Position numbers and translations under genes: made by a program. Below, one piece after another: positions 14,036-27,704 of a DNA stretch of 64,000 bases; the stretch's first letter is position 1, and each line of letters starts with the position of its first letter. Origin of the DNA: Octopus sinensis (Eukaryota); NCBI RefSeq assembly GCF_006345805.1, contig NC_043010.1, positions 57,536,001-57,600,000 on the forward strand, read 5' to 3'. The notes under the pieces were generated by a model. The model did not search any database. It saw nothing but the letters and a program-made list of their open reading frames with translations, and was not told the DNA's origin.

Positions 14036-14626
14036 CTCATGAGTAGAAAGCAAAATATTTATCCCTGCGTACGATCCCCGATGTCTCAGTGTGTGTCTGT
14101 TGCTTCGGATGTAGAGATGCGTGTGAATGTGTTTATATATATATATGTGTGTGTGTATATGTGAGTACGATACGTTGCTCTATGTGTGTTTCCCTCTTAC
14201 TTACATCGACACATACATACAAATACTTACACACACAGCAGGCACGCACATCAATGCTTATGCATGCACACCTACACACGCATTCGGATAAACCCGTCGG
14301 GGATTATTTAACATTGCTGGAGAGAAATTAACAAATGGCTAATTTAATTTGCATGAGATATAATAAAAAATGGATGAATGACAAAGGTAAATACATTAGT
14401 AGAAAGACTCACAGCCACACACACACACACACACAAAATGCACACATATACATACATGCACACACACATATGTCTATATCTATATCTATCTGTCTATCTA
14501 TCTATCTACCTATCTTTCTCTCTTTCTCTATTTCTCTCTCTCTCTCTTTATCTGTCTATCTATCTACCTATCTCTCTATCTCTTTAGCACTCTCTTCTCT
14601 CTCTCTTCTATATATTAATATATATA

Positions 14627-14688
<62 letters not shown>

Positions 14689-14774
14689 TTCAAGCACACT
14701 GAACCCCAAAACACACGTGTTTGTGTTTATATATATATATGTATGTATGTATGTATATATACATACATAATACA

Positions 14775-14806
<32 letters not shown>

Positions 14807-15357
14807 CTCATATACATGTACACACACAGACACACACACATTTTTATCCTTGATGGCAAAAACAACCAAAAATCCTAAAACAAAGTCCGTCATTTTGACT
14901 TTTAATTATCACCAAAATACAAAAGATGATGGATTACTCGTTAACCCTCCTCAGGAGTATTTTGGATAAACTCCATTGTACTTGACATGTAACCACACAT
15001 CACAACAACACGATGATCTTCAACCAACTTCATCCATTATATTCGATATCTAACCATTCAAACCATTATCAGGGGTATCTTCGTTAAATCGAGTTGGTTG
15101 TGGTTGACATGTAACATTGAAAGAGAGGAGAGAGTGTTGTACGGATCTGTAAGATGTGTAATGTATGCGATATGAAATATGGGCAATAAAATGTGTGTGG
15201 GAGGCAGTGTTTGTTATGTAATGTATGCTATGTAATGTTTGTGGTGTATAATTTAAGTTATATGATATGTAAAGTGAATATATGGGGTATATAATGTTTG
15301 TTTATGAAATGTATGCAATGTAATAGATGTGGTGTGTAATGTGTGTAGAATGTAAGA

Positions 15358-15515
15358 GGTGCACGCATGGGTGTGTGGTTAGAACGTTTGCTTTTCAACC
15401 ATGTGATGTTGAGTTCAGTCCTACTGTGTGGCATTTTGGGCTTGCAGCTTCTAGTACAGCCTCAGGCCAACCAAAACCTTGTGGGTAGGTTTGGTAAATG
15501 GAAACCGAATGAAGC
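15358..15515 (+). mobile_element. SINE family A head fragment
   Basis: gtgtgtggttagaacgtttgcttttcaaccatgtgatgttgagttcagtcc...ttggtaaatggaaac aligns with the 16222 copy. Confidence 0.7.
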
Positions 15516-15629
15516 CTATCCCCCTCACACACACACCATCATCATCCATCATAACTCAACGTCTGTTTTCCATACAGACATGGAAAAGATGGTTGGACTG
15601 GAACTGGTAAGCCATGGAACAGCACCAAT

Positions 15630-16150
15630 CTCCAGCCCTTTGTTACTAAGGTGGAAGCACTCTGAACTCTGCCCTGCCTATTCTTATTCTAGCAGCTATG
15701 CCCTTGGACCATCCACCTCCACTGCTCACTTGCTCACCTAGATAATGGAAGCTATCAACTACTTCTAGCTTCCCCACTGGCATTTAATGTAGTCTATTTT
15801 CTGTACATTTTGTAGCGTTGTATTGCACCTGTGCACCTGTGCCACACAAAGACTATTTTCCGTTAACCTTCCTCTCATATTGCTTATGTGTCCATAGTTT
15901 GCACTGGGTACACCTTATGGAGTTTCTACCTATGCCTTTTCTACTTATCAAACAGGACAACCCCGCTGAGGGGATCTGTGATCTGTCTGTTTTCGTACTT
16001 ACTGAGACTTTGGTTTTTGCTAAATTAACTCTAAGGCCCTTTGATTCCAGACATCTGCTTCCATACCTGGAACTTCTTCTCTAGTTCTGGTAGTGATTCT
16101 GCTATAATAACAAGATCATCAGCATAAAGGAGCTCCCAGGGGCAAGCTGT
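15630..16150 (-). mobile_element. RTE-type LINE RT fragment
   Basis: CPWELLYADDLVIIAESLPELEKKFQVWKQ, then LESKGLRVNLAKTK and a Cys-rich RCTQCKLWTH segment. Same family as 31200-33110. Confidence 0.85.
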
Positions 16151-16163
16151 ATGTATATGTTTG

Positions 16164-16221
<58 letters not shown>

Positions 16222-16629
16222 GACGTAGGAGTGGCTGTGTGGTAAGTAGCTTGCTTACGAACCACATGGTTCCGGGTTCAGTCTCACTGCGTGGCATCTT
16301 GGGCAAGTGTCTTCTACTATAGCCTCGGGCCGACCAAAGCCTTGTGAGTGGATTTGGTAGACAGAAACTGAAAGAAGCCCGTCGTATATATGTATATATA
16401 TGTATGTGCGTGTATGTTTGTGTGTCCGTGTTTGTCCCCCTAGCATTGCTTGTCAACCGATACTGGTGTGTTTATATCCCCGTCACTTAGCAGTTAAAGA
16501 GACCGATAGAATAAGTACTGGGCTTACAAAAGAATAAGTCCTGGAGTCGAGTTGCTCAATTAAAGACGGTGCTCCAGCATGGCCGCAGTCAAATGACTGA
16601 AACAAGTAAAAGAATAAAAGAGTAAAGAG
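16222..16629 (+). mobile_element. SINE family A, full-length copy
   Basis: tRNA-like A box (gtggctgtgtggtaag) and B box (ggttcagtctc), cttgggcaagtgtctt core, internal microsatellite, tail ending in (gtaaaaga)-type repeats. Confidence 0.9.
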
Positions 16630-16657
16630 TATATATATATATATATATATGTACATG

Positions 16658-16718
<61 letters not shown>

Positions 16719-16830
16719 AGAGCAATAAAGATTCAAGTTAATTTAAAAAAAATTTACTTGAATATGGTACCTAACTTAGATGCACCAAAAAAAACTATAC
16801 TGATTTAACAATACAGTAATGTGGGGTGAT

Positions 16831-16950
16831 TATAAGCGAGAAAGAAGCAACAAGAATGGATAGGTTTTTAGTACGATCGTTCATACGATCCTTGTATGAA
16901 ACGATCGTACTAAAAACCCTATCCATTTTGTTGCTTCTTTCTCGCTTATA
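16831..16950. repeat. 120-bp near-perfect hairpin (56/57-bp arms, 7-nt loop)
   Basis: Left arm 16831-16886 is the reverse complement of 16894-16950 except for three 1-nt indels. Loop gatcctt. Confidence 0.95.
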
Positions 16951-16967
16951 TATAATATATATAATAT

Positions 16968-17004
<37 letters not shown>

Positions 17005-17442
17005 AGCAAAAATAAAAAATGGCAACATGCACACACCCACACACACTTACATATACATACATTCATACATGAATATATATTTGTATGTGCATCTGCATGT
17101 GTGTGTGTGTTGCCATTTTTATTTTTGTTATTTCTTCCTTGAAAAGCTGATAAGAATAATGGTTGGTGACAGGAAGGGCATCCAACTGCATAACACTGCC
17201 TCAATAATATATATCCTTCTAACCCATGCTAGCTTGGGAAAAATAAACATAAAAACTGGCTGGAATACATGACTCATGGTCAGTATTAGAGAGTGGTCAG
17301 TGCTAGACTGAGACCGGTCAATGGATACAGAAGAAAAAAGGGAAAAAATAGCTGAGTGAGAATGACAATGGTGATGGCAAGGATGTATGAAGGATGAAGA
17401 ACTGATAAGAGAGAGAGACAGATAGATAGATAGAAAGAGGGA

Positions 17443-17495
<53 letters not shown>

Positions 17496-18122
17496 TATTA
17501 GGGTGTCTGCTGGTGAAGGAGGACAAGGATGGGGGAAGGATGGAATGAGAGGAGGTGGAGGAGAAGAAGGATGAGAAAAAGGGGAGGGAAGAAGATTGGC
17601 AGATCAGCATATATTATTGAAAGAGGAGGGATAGAGAAAGGGGACAAAAGATGGAGGGGCAGAATTAGATAGATAGATAGATATATAGATAGATAGATAG
17701 AGTGAGTGAGTGAGAGGGAGGAAGAGCAAGTGTTTGGTATAAAGAGGAGAGAATATTTGGTGGACATCGGGACATAACAAGATATCAATGAGAAACGAAA
17801 AATGAATAGAAAGTGGAGAGGTTGTAAGAGAAGGGATGGTCACTATGATGTTGAAAATGGGCATTGGGGGTGATTAGAGAAATGGGGTTGTTGTTTAACC
17901 CTAGGCCAGTCCTGATTGAGTAACCATGAGATCATGGATATTCTGACGATCCTGTTGGTTTAGAATCTAGCAACTACTTTGTTTAATGTGTCCTTCTATT
18001 TTAACATGATTGGGTGAAAGCTAGCTGTTATTTCTAAAGAGGATTTAATGTTAGGTGGTAGAGTCTAATGAGAGGATGCCACGGATGGAAGGTACGAAGA
18101 GCAAAAGATACACGCAGGGAAG

Positions 18123-18159
<37 letters not shown>

Positions 18160-18374
18160 TATACATACATACACACACACACACATACATGCTCGCATGA
18201 ATGTTCGTGCACACACACACACAGATGCACATATATAGTTTGCCAAGAACAGCAATAATAGAAGTGGGAAACCAATGGCAGCTTTCTGACTGACCACAAC
18301 CGAGGTCTACAGAAAACATGATTGCTCCCCACCCTGCAAAGTTTGTGCATGGATTTTTTTTCTCAGATTTATGG

Positions 18375-18593
18375 GAAACTGGCCAAGTGTGATGTTGCTG
18401 ATGCATGAAAGGTACCCAGGACACCCTGTAAAGTGGTTGGCATCAGGAAGGGCACCCAGTCAGAGGAACCATGGCAAAAGCGGACAAGTAGAGCCTGTTG
18501 GTGTGGTTGTTGGCCTTTCCCATGTCCTGTCAAACTGTCCAACCCATGGCAGCCTCAAAGACAGACATTGAATGATGGTAATGATGATGATGA
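18375..18593 (+). mobile_element. RTE-LINE 3'-UTR fragment with (GAT)n tail
   Basis: gtggttggcatcaggaagggc...caaactgtccaacccatg...gatgatgat matches the 3' end of the LINE at 32640-33110. Confidence 0.7.
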
Positions 18594-18651
18594 TATATAC
18601 ACATACATACATACATACATATATGTGTGTGTGTGTCTGTGTGTGTGTGTG

Positions 18652-18683
<32 letters not shown>

Positions 18684-18891
18684 GCGCAGAGTGGGTGTGT
18701 GGTAAGAAGCTTGCTTACCAACCACATGGTTCCAGGCTCAATCCTGCTGTGTGGCACCTTGGGCAAGTGTCTTCTATAGCCTCGGGCTGACCAAAGCCTT
18801 GTGAGTAGATTTGCTATCTGGAAACTGAAAGAAGCCCACCGTATATATATATATATATATGCATGTATATATATCTATATGTATCTATCTT

Positions 18892-18948
<57 letters not shown>

Positions 18949-19240
18949 ATATATATATATATAATGCATGTATATGTTACATATGTATGTATGTATGTAT
19001 GTATTCGCATGTGTCTTTGTGTCCGTGATTTCCCCCACCACCCCTTGACAACCGATGTTGGTGTGTTTACGTCTCCATAACTTAGCAGTTCAGCAAAAGA
19101 AAATGATAGAATAAGTACCAGATTTTTAAAAAATAAGTATTGGGGTCAATTCATTCGCCTAAAAATCTCCAAGGCGGTGCCCCAGCATGGCCACAGTTAA
19201 AAAATGACTGAAACTAGTAAAAGAAAGATAACAGAAAAGA
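18684..19240 (+). mobile_element. SINE family A, full-length copy with expanded internal microsatellite
   Basis: Head and tail align with 16222-16629. Confidence 0.88.
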
Positions 19241-19444
19241 TATATATGTGTGTGTATATATATATAAATATATATATATATATTAGAAGAAATGAGGTAA
19301 TCAGAAGATCGGATGGTTTATATTTACAGATATTTACAGATATTACATTTTTTATATATATATCATATCACTTAGATCATTAGCGCTTTCTCCCATTCCA
19401 ATGGGGTCTTCAAATATATATACACACACATACACTTATATATA

Positions 19445-19486
<42 letters not shown>

Positions 19487-19488
19487 AT

Positions 19489-19526
<38 letters not shown>

Positions 19527-19692
19527 GTGTGTGTGTGTGTGTGGTTTGTGTATACATATATATTTAAAAAATTTTATTAGTTTCAGCTCACAAGCTGTGG
19601 CCATGCTGGAGCACCGCCATATATATGTATATACATATATAAATATATATATATATAGTGAGAATTTACGAAAAACAAAAGACGAAGACGGG

Positions 19693-20041
19693 TGTGTAAT
19701 CCAGAGAGCGAGAACATATCACACACACACACACACACACATAGAATCCCATTCGCACATTCTCCAACCGCGGTCAGACGGTGGCAAAGCAAGACGAGTG
19801 CGTGTGTGCAAAGGTGAGGAAACGTCACGAATCGCCAGGGAAGCAGAAGATGCTACCGACAGCGAAGACACCATCAGTTGTCTCCCTTACACCTTGCACA
19901 CCCACAGACGTTTCTGTTTCTCCGTCTCCGGAACACAGTAGCGCCACACTGACGGATGCGGCTGTCGTCCTTTAGCATTCAGTCTGTTCAGAGTAGCCTC
20001 CCTTCTCTCAAATAACCTAAATTCTTTTAATACTTATCACA
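19693..20041. mobile_element. CpG-rich segment, possibly a solo LTR
   Basis: Begins TGTG and ends CACA. CpG-rich relative to its flanks, with an aaataa motif near the right end. No TSD found. Confidence 0.3.
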
Positions 20042-20100
20042 AGGCACGAGCAACGTTTTCGAGACGCGGGCCACATTAGCCATGGCGGGCCGCACTACTA
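20041..20100 (+). mobile_element. hAT (Charlie-like) terminal fragment
   Basis: aggcacgagcaacg...gcgggccaca...gcgggccgca resembles hAT TIR/subterminal GCGGGCCRCA motifs. Confidence 0.4.
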
Positions 20101-20591
20101 AAAATTTTTAAGTAAATTTTCGTTAAGCTTGTCATTTAGAAAAGCCTAGAATAGCCCCAGGCTTCCTATAACTGGCTTAAATATATTTACTTTACATCAC
20201 TGTATATGTGTAAAGTATACAACACACAAGTCCTCCTCCTCCTCCTCCTACATCCTCACTACCACGTTGTACCTCACCACTACCATCACCACCACCTCCA
20301 CCTTAGATTAAGTGACCCCCTTTCCCGTGTGGTTTGTGGATTTGTTATGTAAGAAATAGCAGCCAAAGTTCCTTCCCAAAACTGGTAACTTCTCAAAAAG
20401 AGAAGGACACACTGAATTAATGTAGCCTTAGGTAGATTGTGTTTAAGAAGTGTTTTAGATCATTGGAGGCGGAGCTAGTGGATAAGGGATGGGCCAGTGC
20501 TACATGGGGATTGGACCTGTTAGAAAGGACAGCCAAATCCCCTTTCAACCACACACAGAGGCTGACATAATTTTAAGCTTGCCCACACATA

Positions 20592-21511
20592 CACTCAGCC
20601 GCAAAAGAAACACGAGACGTGTGTGACTGTGAAATATGTTTTCATTTCATTATGTCAGAGACATCATTCTGTCCCTATGCCAGACACGTGTGTCTCTGTA
20701 GCGTTCACCCCCTCCTACACCACCATCTGAAGTGGAAACACAGCATTGGCTCTCTTCAGAGAAGACTATCGACCTCCATCATTGATGCTGCCAATGTCGG
20801 CGCTGTGTAGCCCAGTGTAATCGTGCTTGATGGTGGTGGTCAGAAAGGACAGGCCCTCGAGTAGGACGATGGCAATGCGGGTCATTGGCAGCCTGTCGAC
20901 ATTGTACCATGTTGTCGCTGATGGCTCACTGTCCAGTGCCAATGGTCTTGTGAGCTCTCACACTGACTGGTTTGAAGCGATCAAGGAGCTGTTGCAGGTA
21001 GATGAAGTGGTCCAGCCTGGGCGTGGTCACCCAGGGACACCCTCTGCGAGCATGGTTTGCAGTACTGTTGGTGTTGTTGTATCACTGTTGCAGGCGACAG
21101 ATGGTGCTGACATGGACATTGTAAGCTTTCATAACAACCAGGGCATGCTGTCCTGCTTGCAATCGGCTGATAGCTTGTTCTCTCTGCTGACAATCAAGCC
21201 ATACCTGACGTGTCCAAATTATGAATGCCAGGGATGAAGTTCAAGTTGATTTTTATACCCATAACCTCCTCAAGATGCACATACATTTCAGTTTCCATGA
21301 CAATTGTTTGCGACTGACACCCACGGCATTCAACACTGCTGCTCTTTGGTGTCTCGTTTCAGGATAAGTTGAAAGGTTACCTGCAATTTGGGCCGCAATC
21401 ATAAACCAGAATGTCTTGGAATATTTACACTTACATCCCCGAAATAAATTTTCAGAATTTACCAAATAAAAATGACATTTGAAAAACTTGCGTTTCCTTT
21501 GTGGTTCAGTG
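20592..21511 (-). mobile_element. Internally deleted Tc1 element (N-terminal transposase half retained)
   Basis: Degenerate TIRs cactcagccgcaaaagaaacac and cactgaaccacaaaggaaacgc (17/22). Minus translation EQAISRLQAG..NVHVSTICRLQQ*Y..ARRGCPWVTTP..RGPVLSDHHHQARLHWA..WRSIVFSEESQCC. The plus-strand 136-aa ORF is its antisense. Confidence 0.85.
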
Positions 21512-21870
21512 TTTATTCTCATGCACTTGCCCCTATTCACACACCCTTCTCACAGACACTCACGTGCTTGCGCACCCCAGTTTGGCTGGGTCACCATTAT
21601 TATCTCCCTTTCACTTTACCTCTTTCTTCTGGCCAGTTCACCATGTTGAACCATTAATCCTTACACACTATTTTCTCTCTCCATTTCTTACTGCTCTTTT
21701 TCCATTTATTTTCTTTCCTCTCAATCCTTTCTATCAAAGAGCCTGAAAGGTCAAAGACATTTCCATTCCTCCTGATTATTAAACTAATACTTCTGCTTAT
21801 TATCCCTCCCCCTGTCTGCGTCTTTCTTTTGTTTCCAGTAAATTTGAACTAAATATATATACATATATAT

Positions 21871-21920
<50 letters not shown>

Positions 21921-21954
21921 TATCATATCATATATTTATATGCGTATATATGTA

Positions 21955-23204
21955 CAGGGTGCATAAGGTATTTGAAGACATACCCTATTTGGGTCATTGC
22001 TGCATTTTTTGGTAACTCTGTATAATCTATGTTCCAGAAAATAATAATGACAGACCCTCAGCTTGCGCAAGAAATGAAGAGGCAGGCTGTTATTGTTGGT
22101 ATAAAGGCTGAGCATAGCGATTTAGAAATATCTCGATTCTTAAAAGTTGCCAGATCTTTGGTCTACAAAGTTTGTAAGGAGCTAGAAACTGAAGGTGGAA
22201 ACATGTCACCAGTATCAAAGCATAAAAAGCATTCTAAACGCTCTGAAATCACCAGAACACCTGGATTTATCCAGAAAGTTCGACAGACCATTGATTACAA
22301 TCCCAGAAAGTCCATGGGGTCAGTTGCAAAAGATCTCCATGTGTCAGAAGGAACAGTCAAACATATGTTGTCCACGAAGACATCAGATATAAGTCTTATA
22401 TGATGAGGAAATATCAATTTGTCAGAAAAAGCCGAGAAAAATCACATCAGATCTAAAAGGCTTTTAAATAAACTGAAAAATCCAGCAGAAAAAGATTTGA
22501 TTTGGTTTTTCTCAAACGTGAAAAACTTCAACCAGCTTCAAAAAATTAGCAGAAGAAATGACCGATGCTTATGTGCAGATCCTTCTGAAGTTCCAAGTGT
22601 TATGCATACAAAATTCCCTGCAACTGTCATGGATGAAGGACATGTGATGCCTCCTTACTTCTTTCCACAAGGCCTTAGAGTTAACTCTGCCTCCTACAGT
22701 GAGGTCCTGGAAACAATTGTTAAGCCCTGGATAGACAGTGTATACAATGGAAGGCGATATGTGTTTCAGTAAGACTCTGCACTATCAGACATGGCTCTAG
22801 TAAACACAAGAATGGATGGCTGAAAATGTTCACGATCACATAACCCTTTATATTTGGCCTCTTAATTCCCCAGATCTCAATCTGTTAGACTATTATATGT
22901 GGAGCATTGTTGTGAGAGAGGTCAAGGAGCATGCCCATAACACCAAAGATTCTTTGAAAGGTGCCATAGTCAGAGTAATGTTCAAAATGAACCAGGACCA
23001 CTTGATTCGAGCATGTGGATGATTTAGATCTCATTTAGAAGCAGTTGCTGAAGCTGAAGATGGCTTTATTGAATGACATTATAGAAAAGAAGGTTTATCT
23101 TTTTATCGTCATAGCATTTGTGATAAATAAAGTTATTATCTGTTATTATATATCTGTTCCTTTTTATATACATAAATCTGTCCTCAGATATCTTACACAC
23201 CCTG
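21955..23204 (+). mobile_element. Full-length degenerate maT/DD37D-like Tc1/mariner element (1,250 bp)
   Basis: 26-bp TIRs (21/26) with TA flanks. ORF pieces 22029..22403, 22419..22772 and 22816..23022 contain FFSNVKNF, KFPATVM, YVFQ*DSA and WPLNSPDLNLLDYYMW. Confidence 0.9.
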
Positions 23205-24456
23205 TATGTGTGTGTGAGCGTGTGTGTGTGTGTGTATGTGTGTGTGTGTGAGCGTGTGTGTGTGTGTATGTGCATGTGCGTGTGTGTGTGTGAGCGTGTG
23301 TGTGTGTGTATGTGTGTGTGTGTGTGACTGTGTGACTGTGTGCGCACGTGTGTGTGTATTGATAGACATTGGTATTTACCTATATCGACATTCATATACA
23401 CCTGTGTATGTAAATCTGTCTTGATAAGCCATTATTTCCAAACACTGACGATTCTCTGAGTCATTCCCTTGGTCTCTACAGCTGGATACTCTTCCTGCCA
23501 CCAACCCTTTCACATTGTGTATTGATGGACTTCCTTTGGCCACGAACATTAGCTTCTGGAAGTCAAAGACCAAGCAAAGGAATGAAAAAGGGGCAAGGCT
23601 GGCAAGCAAGCCGGAAACGGGAAGTTGTATTTGAATAAGTTATCAAGTATATTAGGGGCTTATAAATCAATCCTGCACCTCACCTGTGTTAGCAGTGGCA
23701 TGAGATCACTTTTGAAAGTTGTTATGTTTTAATACAGAATTATTAACTTGGATTACATTACTCGAATGCAAGCCAATAATGGAGAGAATATGTGAGCAAA
23801 TACAATGCAATACATACTCAAAAATGCACACTGATTGAAAAAAAAACAGAACCTAAAGATCCACGTGCTAAAAGTATTATGCCATTTATGAAACAAACCA
23901 TTATGCAAATTTGAATGCAGTGAAAAGTTCACTTTGAAAGGAGACGAGGTGAACGCATGAAATAATGCAGAGTCAGTAAACTTAGTTCAATACTTAATCA
24001 GAAAAGAGAATTAAATAAGAGCAAAATAACAAAAGTTATCTCTACAGATTTTCCATAGGAATTTGAACCAACACAGATTTGTTACAATGTTCCAGACGCA
24101 GATCAAAAATGGAAAAAAAGGTTAAATAGATTATGGGTGTATAAGCATATTTCCTGAGTTCTTGCCTTTTCTTCATCCCTACATCCAAACCATTAACCAT
24201 TCCTGAATGTATTACTTAAACAACCACCAAATATATTGTGGTGTAAGACAATTGGACAAACCTGTTTTACCTATATTTCTATCTTTGATTGCTTCGTTTA
24301 TGGATTGATAGAATGAAACATTGTAACAAATAACTGCTGGCTCCAATTTCTCTGGAATCGACTTTGAATTAACTTTAAAAAGTTTTATATCTGAATGAAT
24401 GGGAAGAAATTAGTGACACGTTAATGGATTGTGAAGCAGGAATGCAAAGGTATATA

Positions 24457-25570
24457 CACAGGTAGGACCAAAGACTGGAAGTGTTACTTTTTATTTCACC
24501 AGATTTTTTGTCCCTTGGTAATATAACAGATTCAAAACTGCTCTAGTTTATATACACGCATTCCTATGCATTATGTATGCCCTGCATTTCATGATAGAGA
24601 TCTCTGTTTTACCTTTTTGCAGGTATTTATACTTTGTGTCCAGAAATTAAGACAACTGAAGTTTTTCAGGCTTTAATAACTATCAATAAAATGTGATAAG
24701 ATACGAAAATTATCCATCATTATAGAAGCTTAGTGTGTCTTCTTTTTGTTTCAGATTAAATAAATTCAGATTTATAAATTAGATGATGGCTATAGACCGA
24801 AATACAATCATAACCCTCCACAAAGGAGGTGGAAGTAACACTACTATAGCAAAAATGCTTCAGATTAACTAAACAACAGTTTAGAAAATTGTAGAGAGAT
24901 TTCAAGAGACTGGCTCCACTTCTGATCGACCTGGTTTGAAAAGAAGTGTGCTGACCCCTCAGCTTATCAAAATACCAAAGAAAAGATACGGTGAAATCCT
25001 TATTCTTCTGCCAGAAAGCTGGCTACCAGTGAAAATAAGCTGTACATCAATGTATCGAGTGCTGAAGGAGAATCTCAGGACCCACCCCTACAAGATGATC
25101 TGCCATCATGAGCTCACGCAAGTTTAAAAGGCCATGAAACTAGAGAGAAGTTGTCTTATCCTGCATCAGAATGCTGAAGACATGTTATCCAACTTTGGAG
25201 TGTATCTGTCTCCATCAAGGGTAGACTCATAAATTGACATCAAAATCCACAGTCAGTTATGGTTTGGCCAGTTGTGACAGCCACTGGAAAGTCTCCCCTC
25301 ATTTTTGTGCCCTCAGGTGTTAAAATAAACACCCAGTGACACATAAGCGACATTCTTGAAGCTGAACTGCTTCCATGGGTGAATGAGCCCTTTCAAGGTG
25401 CCCCCTGGCACCATCCCACAGTTCCAAACAGACAACACTGGATTCAGAAAAAACATTCCATTGTTCATAGGCAAGGATGTATGTCCCCCAAGAAGCCCCA
25501 ATCTTAACCCATTGGATTTTTCTGTTTCGTCCATTTATGAGATGAGGGTTTCAAGCACTACTCATGCTCT
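24457..25570 (+). mobile_element. maT/DD37D-like transposase relic
   Basis: From ATG 24786: MAIDRNTIITLHK..IAKMLQIN..RFQETGSTSDRP..PYKM; QSVMVWPVVTATGKSPLIFVPSGVKIN; CPPRSPNLNPLDFSV. Frameshifts and deletions. Confidence 0.8.
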
Positions 25571-26609
25571 GCTCCATGCGCCAGGAATGGGCTTTGATTC
25601 CACAAGAAGTATTTAATAACATCTAATAGCCTAGTCAATATCCTGACCATATGTGTGTGTGTGTGTGTGTATAAGACAGGTAATGCATGTGCCTCTACCA
25701 CCTGACATTGTTATTGAAGATTAATGAATGGAGATTGGCTCAATGCTTAAACCGAAGTGCTCATCGTCGGATATGGACGAGAGCACTCATTGGAGAATCT
25801 GCTTTTAACATCAGAGTGAGTAATCAATATGAGTTGTCTGTTTTAGAGATCAAGGAAAGAGTACTTGATGTAGAAATAAGTGAGGTGCAGGCATAAGGAG
25901 TACAGCTATTGTAGCAGGTGTATTAGATAGAGTACTGCAATATAATTATTATGGCTGGAGTACAAGATAAAGTACAACAGAGAATTTATACAAACCCCAG
26001 AAGTTTGTACTCTTTGCAATCACAAGGTTTTAAATGATCTTCAAGAAACTACTGGAATAAATTAAAGTTGTTGATGGTGGTGGGTAAGAGGTGTGGGGTG
26101 GGTGCGGGTGGCGATGGGGTAGAGGTGGTGGTGGGCGTGGGGGTGCTAGTGGTGATGTTTGTTTACTGTTGATGTAGGGGTGGAGATCAAGTGTTGTTAA
26201 CAATGGTGAAGGGTGATGGTCGAGTATTTTCAGGGGTGATGATGGTGGAGAGCGGTGGTGATGGTGGTGGTAGGCAGAAGAGATGACAATGGTATTGTTG
26301 TTGTCGGTGGTGGTGGTGGTGGTGGTAGTGGTGATGGTTATTCATTCTTCTACCACTGTCTTCACCCCCTACCCTGCACCCCGTGGGTATTCCCAGGTAT
26401 GTAACTTTATAATTAAATCAAGTCTTTCAGTTCCAATCATGTGACAATATTAATTTGAACTTGGAACCCCAGATTCCAGGCTGTTCTTGTGATTTGATTT
26501 CCTTTCTTTTCTCTCAGAGTCTGCTGCGAGAGACACAGCGAAGATTTGAAAGTAAATTTCACCGAGATTCTATCAGTTGGAATCAGTTTAAAACTGAGGA
26601 GAGGCAGAA

Positions 26610-26634
26610 TACAACAATAATAATAATGATAATA

Positions 26635-26724
<90 letters not shown>

Positions 26725-26870
26725 TAAATAATAATAATAACAATAATAATAATAATAATAATAATGATAATAATAGTAATAATAATAATCATAATAATAA
26801 TGATAATAATAATAATAATAATAATAACAACAACTAGAACAACAACTACAACAACAATAATAATAATGAA
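26610..26870. repeat. (TAA)n/(ATG)/(CAA) trinucleotide microsatellite
   Basis: Directly visible. Confidence 0.95.
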
Positions 26871-27704
26871 TAAAAATATTGCCTTGGGTATAACGATGGC
26901 TTGATTGAAATTAATTAAATATACTTGGAGTTGCAAGTGGAATGTTGAGCTGACAATGGAGCCAGTATCTGTGACTGGTGCTGCTAATGGAGTGCCACTG
27001 CCAATGTTGTTGCTGTTGTTGTTGCAGTCAATAACCATGTTAGAAGTCTCTGTAGACCTACAGCATTAAATAAATACTTTACTTTCTTCTCTCTTCTCCG
27101 ATATCTTGATGAAACCTTGGCACACACACACACACACCCTCACCCTCACACTCCCATTATCCCCACCTTCACTCTCCCCTTTTTTCACCCTTTTTTTTTT
27201 CTTTCTTTAATTATTTTCTTTTTCTTATTTAATCCTTTTTCTTTTGTTTTTGTTTTCTTCTTTTTATTCTTTACTTCTTCTCCATTTCTTTTCTTTAAAC
27301 CAAATGAACATTCCAACATCAATACCACCACAACTACCACCAACACTGCTCTTCCACTAACACCACCCACACCAACGCTGATACAACATCCATGACCACC
27401 ACCACTCTATGTAAATATCTTTCTAAATCTAATTAAGATCTATTTTTTTTAAATTTAAAGGTTTAAGGAAAACTGTAATTGTATAATTAAGTTGGTAATT
27501 AAAGAAAAATAAAAAGTTATTACAAGTTTAATTTACAGGTCAGAGGTTTGGACAGCTGGCGGCAAGGTTACCATTACCTATCTGCACTTTATGGTTGAGT
27601 AGGGTGAACACACTGGCCTCATAATAACAAGACCTAGGTTCAATCTAATTGCCTGGCAGAGTGGGCAAGGGGCTGGTGCCATTGCCAGTCTTGGTCCAAT
27701 ACAT

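Noticed and set aside
14340-14355. Octamer ATTTGCAT (also at ~63966)
   Set aside because: Isolated 8-mers are expected by chance in AT-rich DNA.
20827-21237. 136-aa plus-strand ORF that looks protein-like
   Set aside because: It is the antisense of a Tc1 transposase relic.
21720-21860. Degenerate Penelope-type terminal repeat with a decayed ribozyme-like core (partly matching 19637-19695 reversed)
   Set aside because: The core nucleotides are not intact, and the assignment relies on recollection rather than this sequence.
25756-25787. Small hairpin considered as SECIS or hammerhead
   Set aside because: It lacks the 3' GA of the SECIS quartet and any GAAA hammerhead core.
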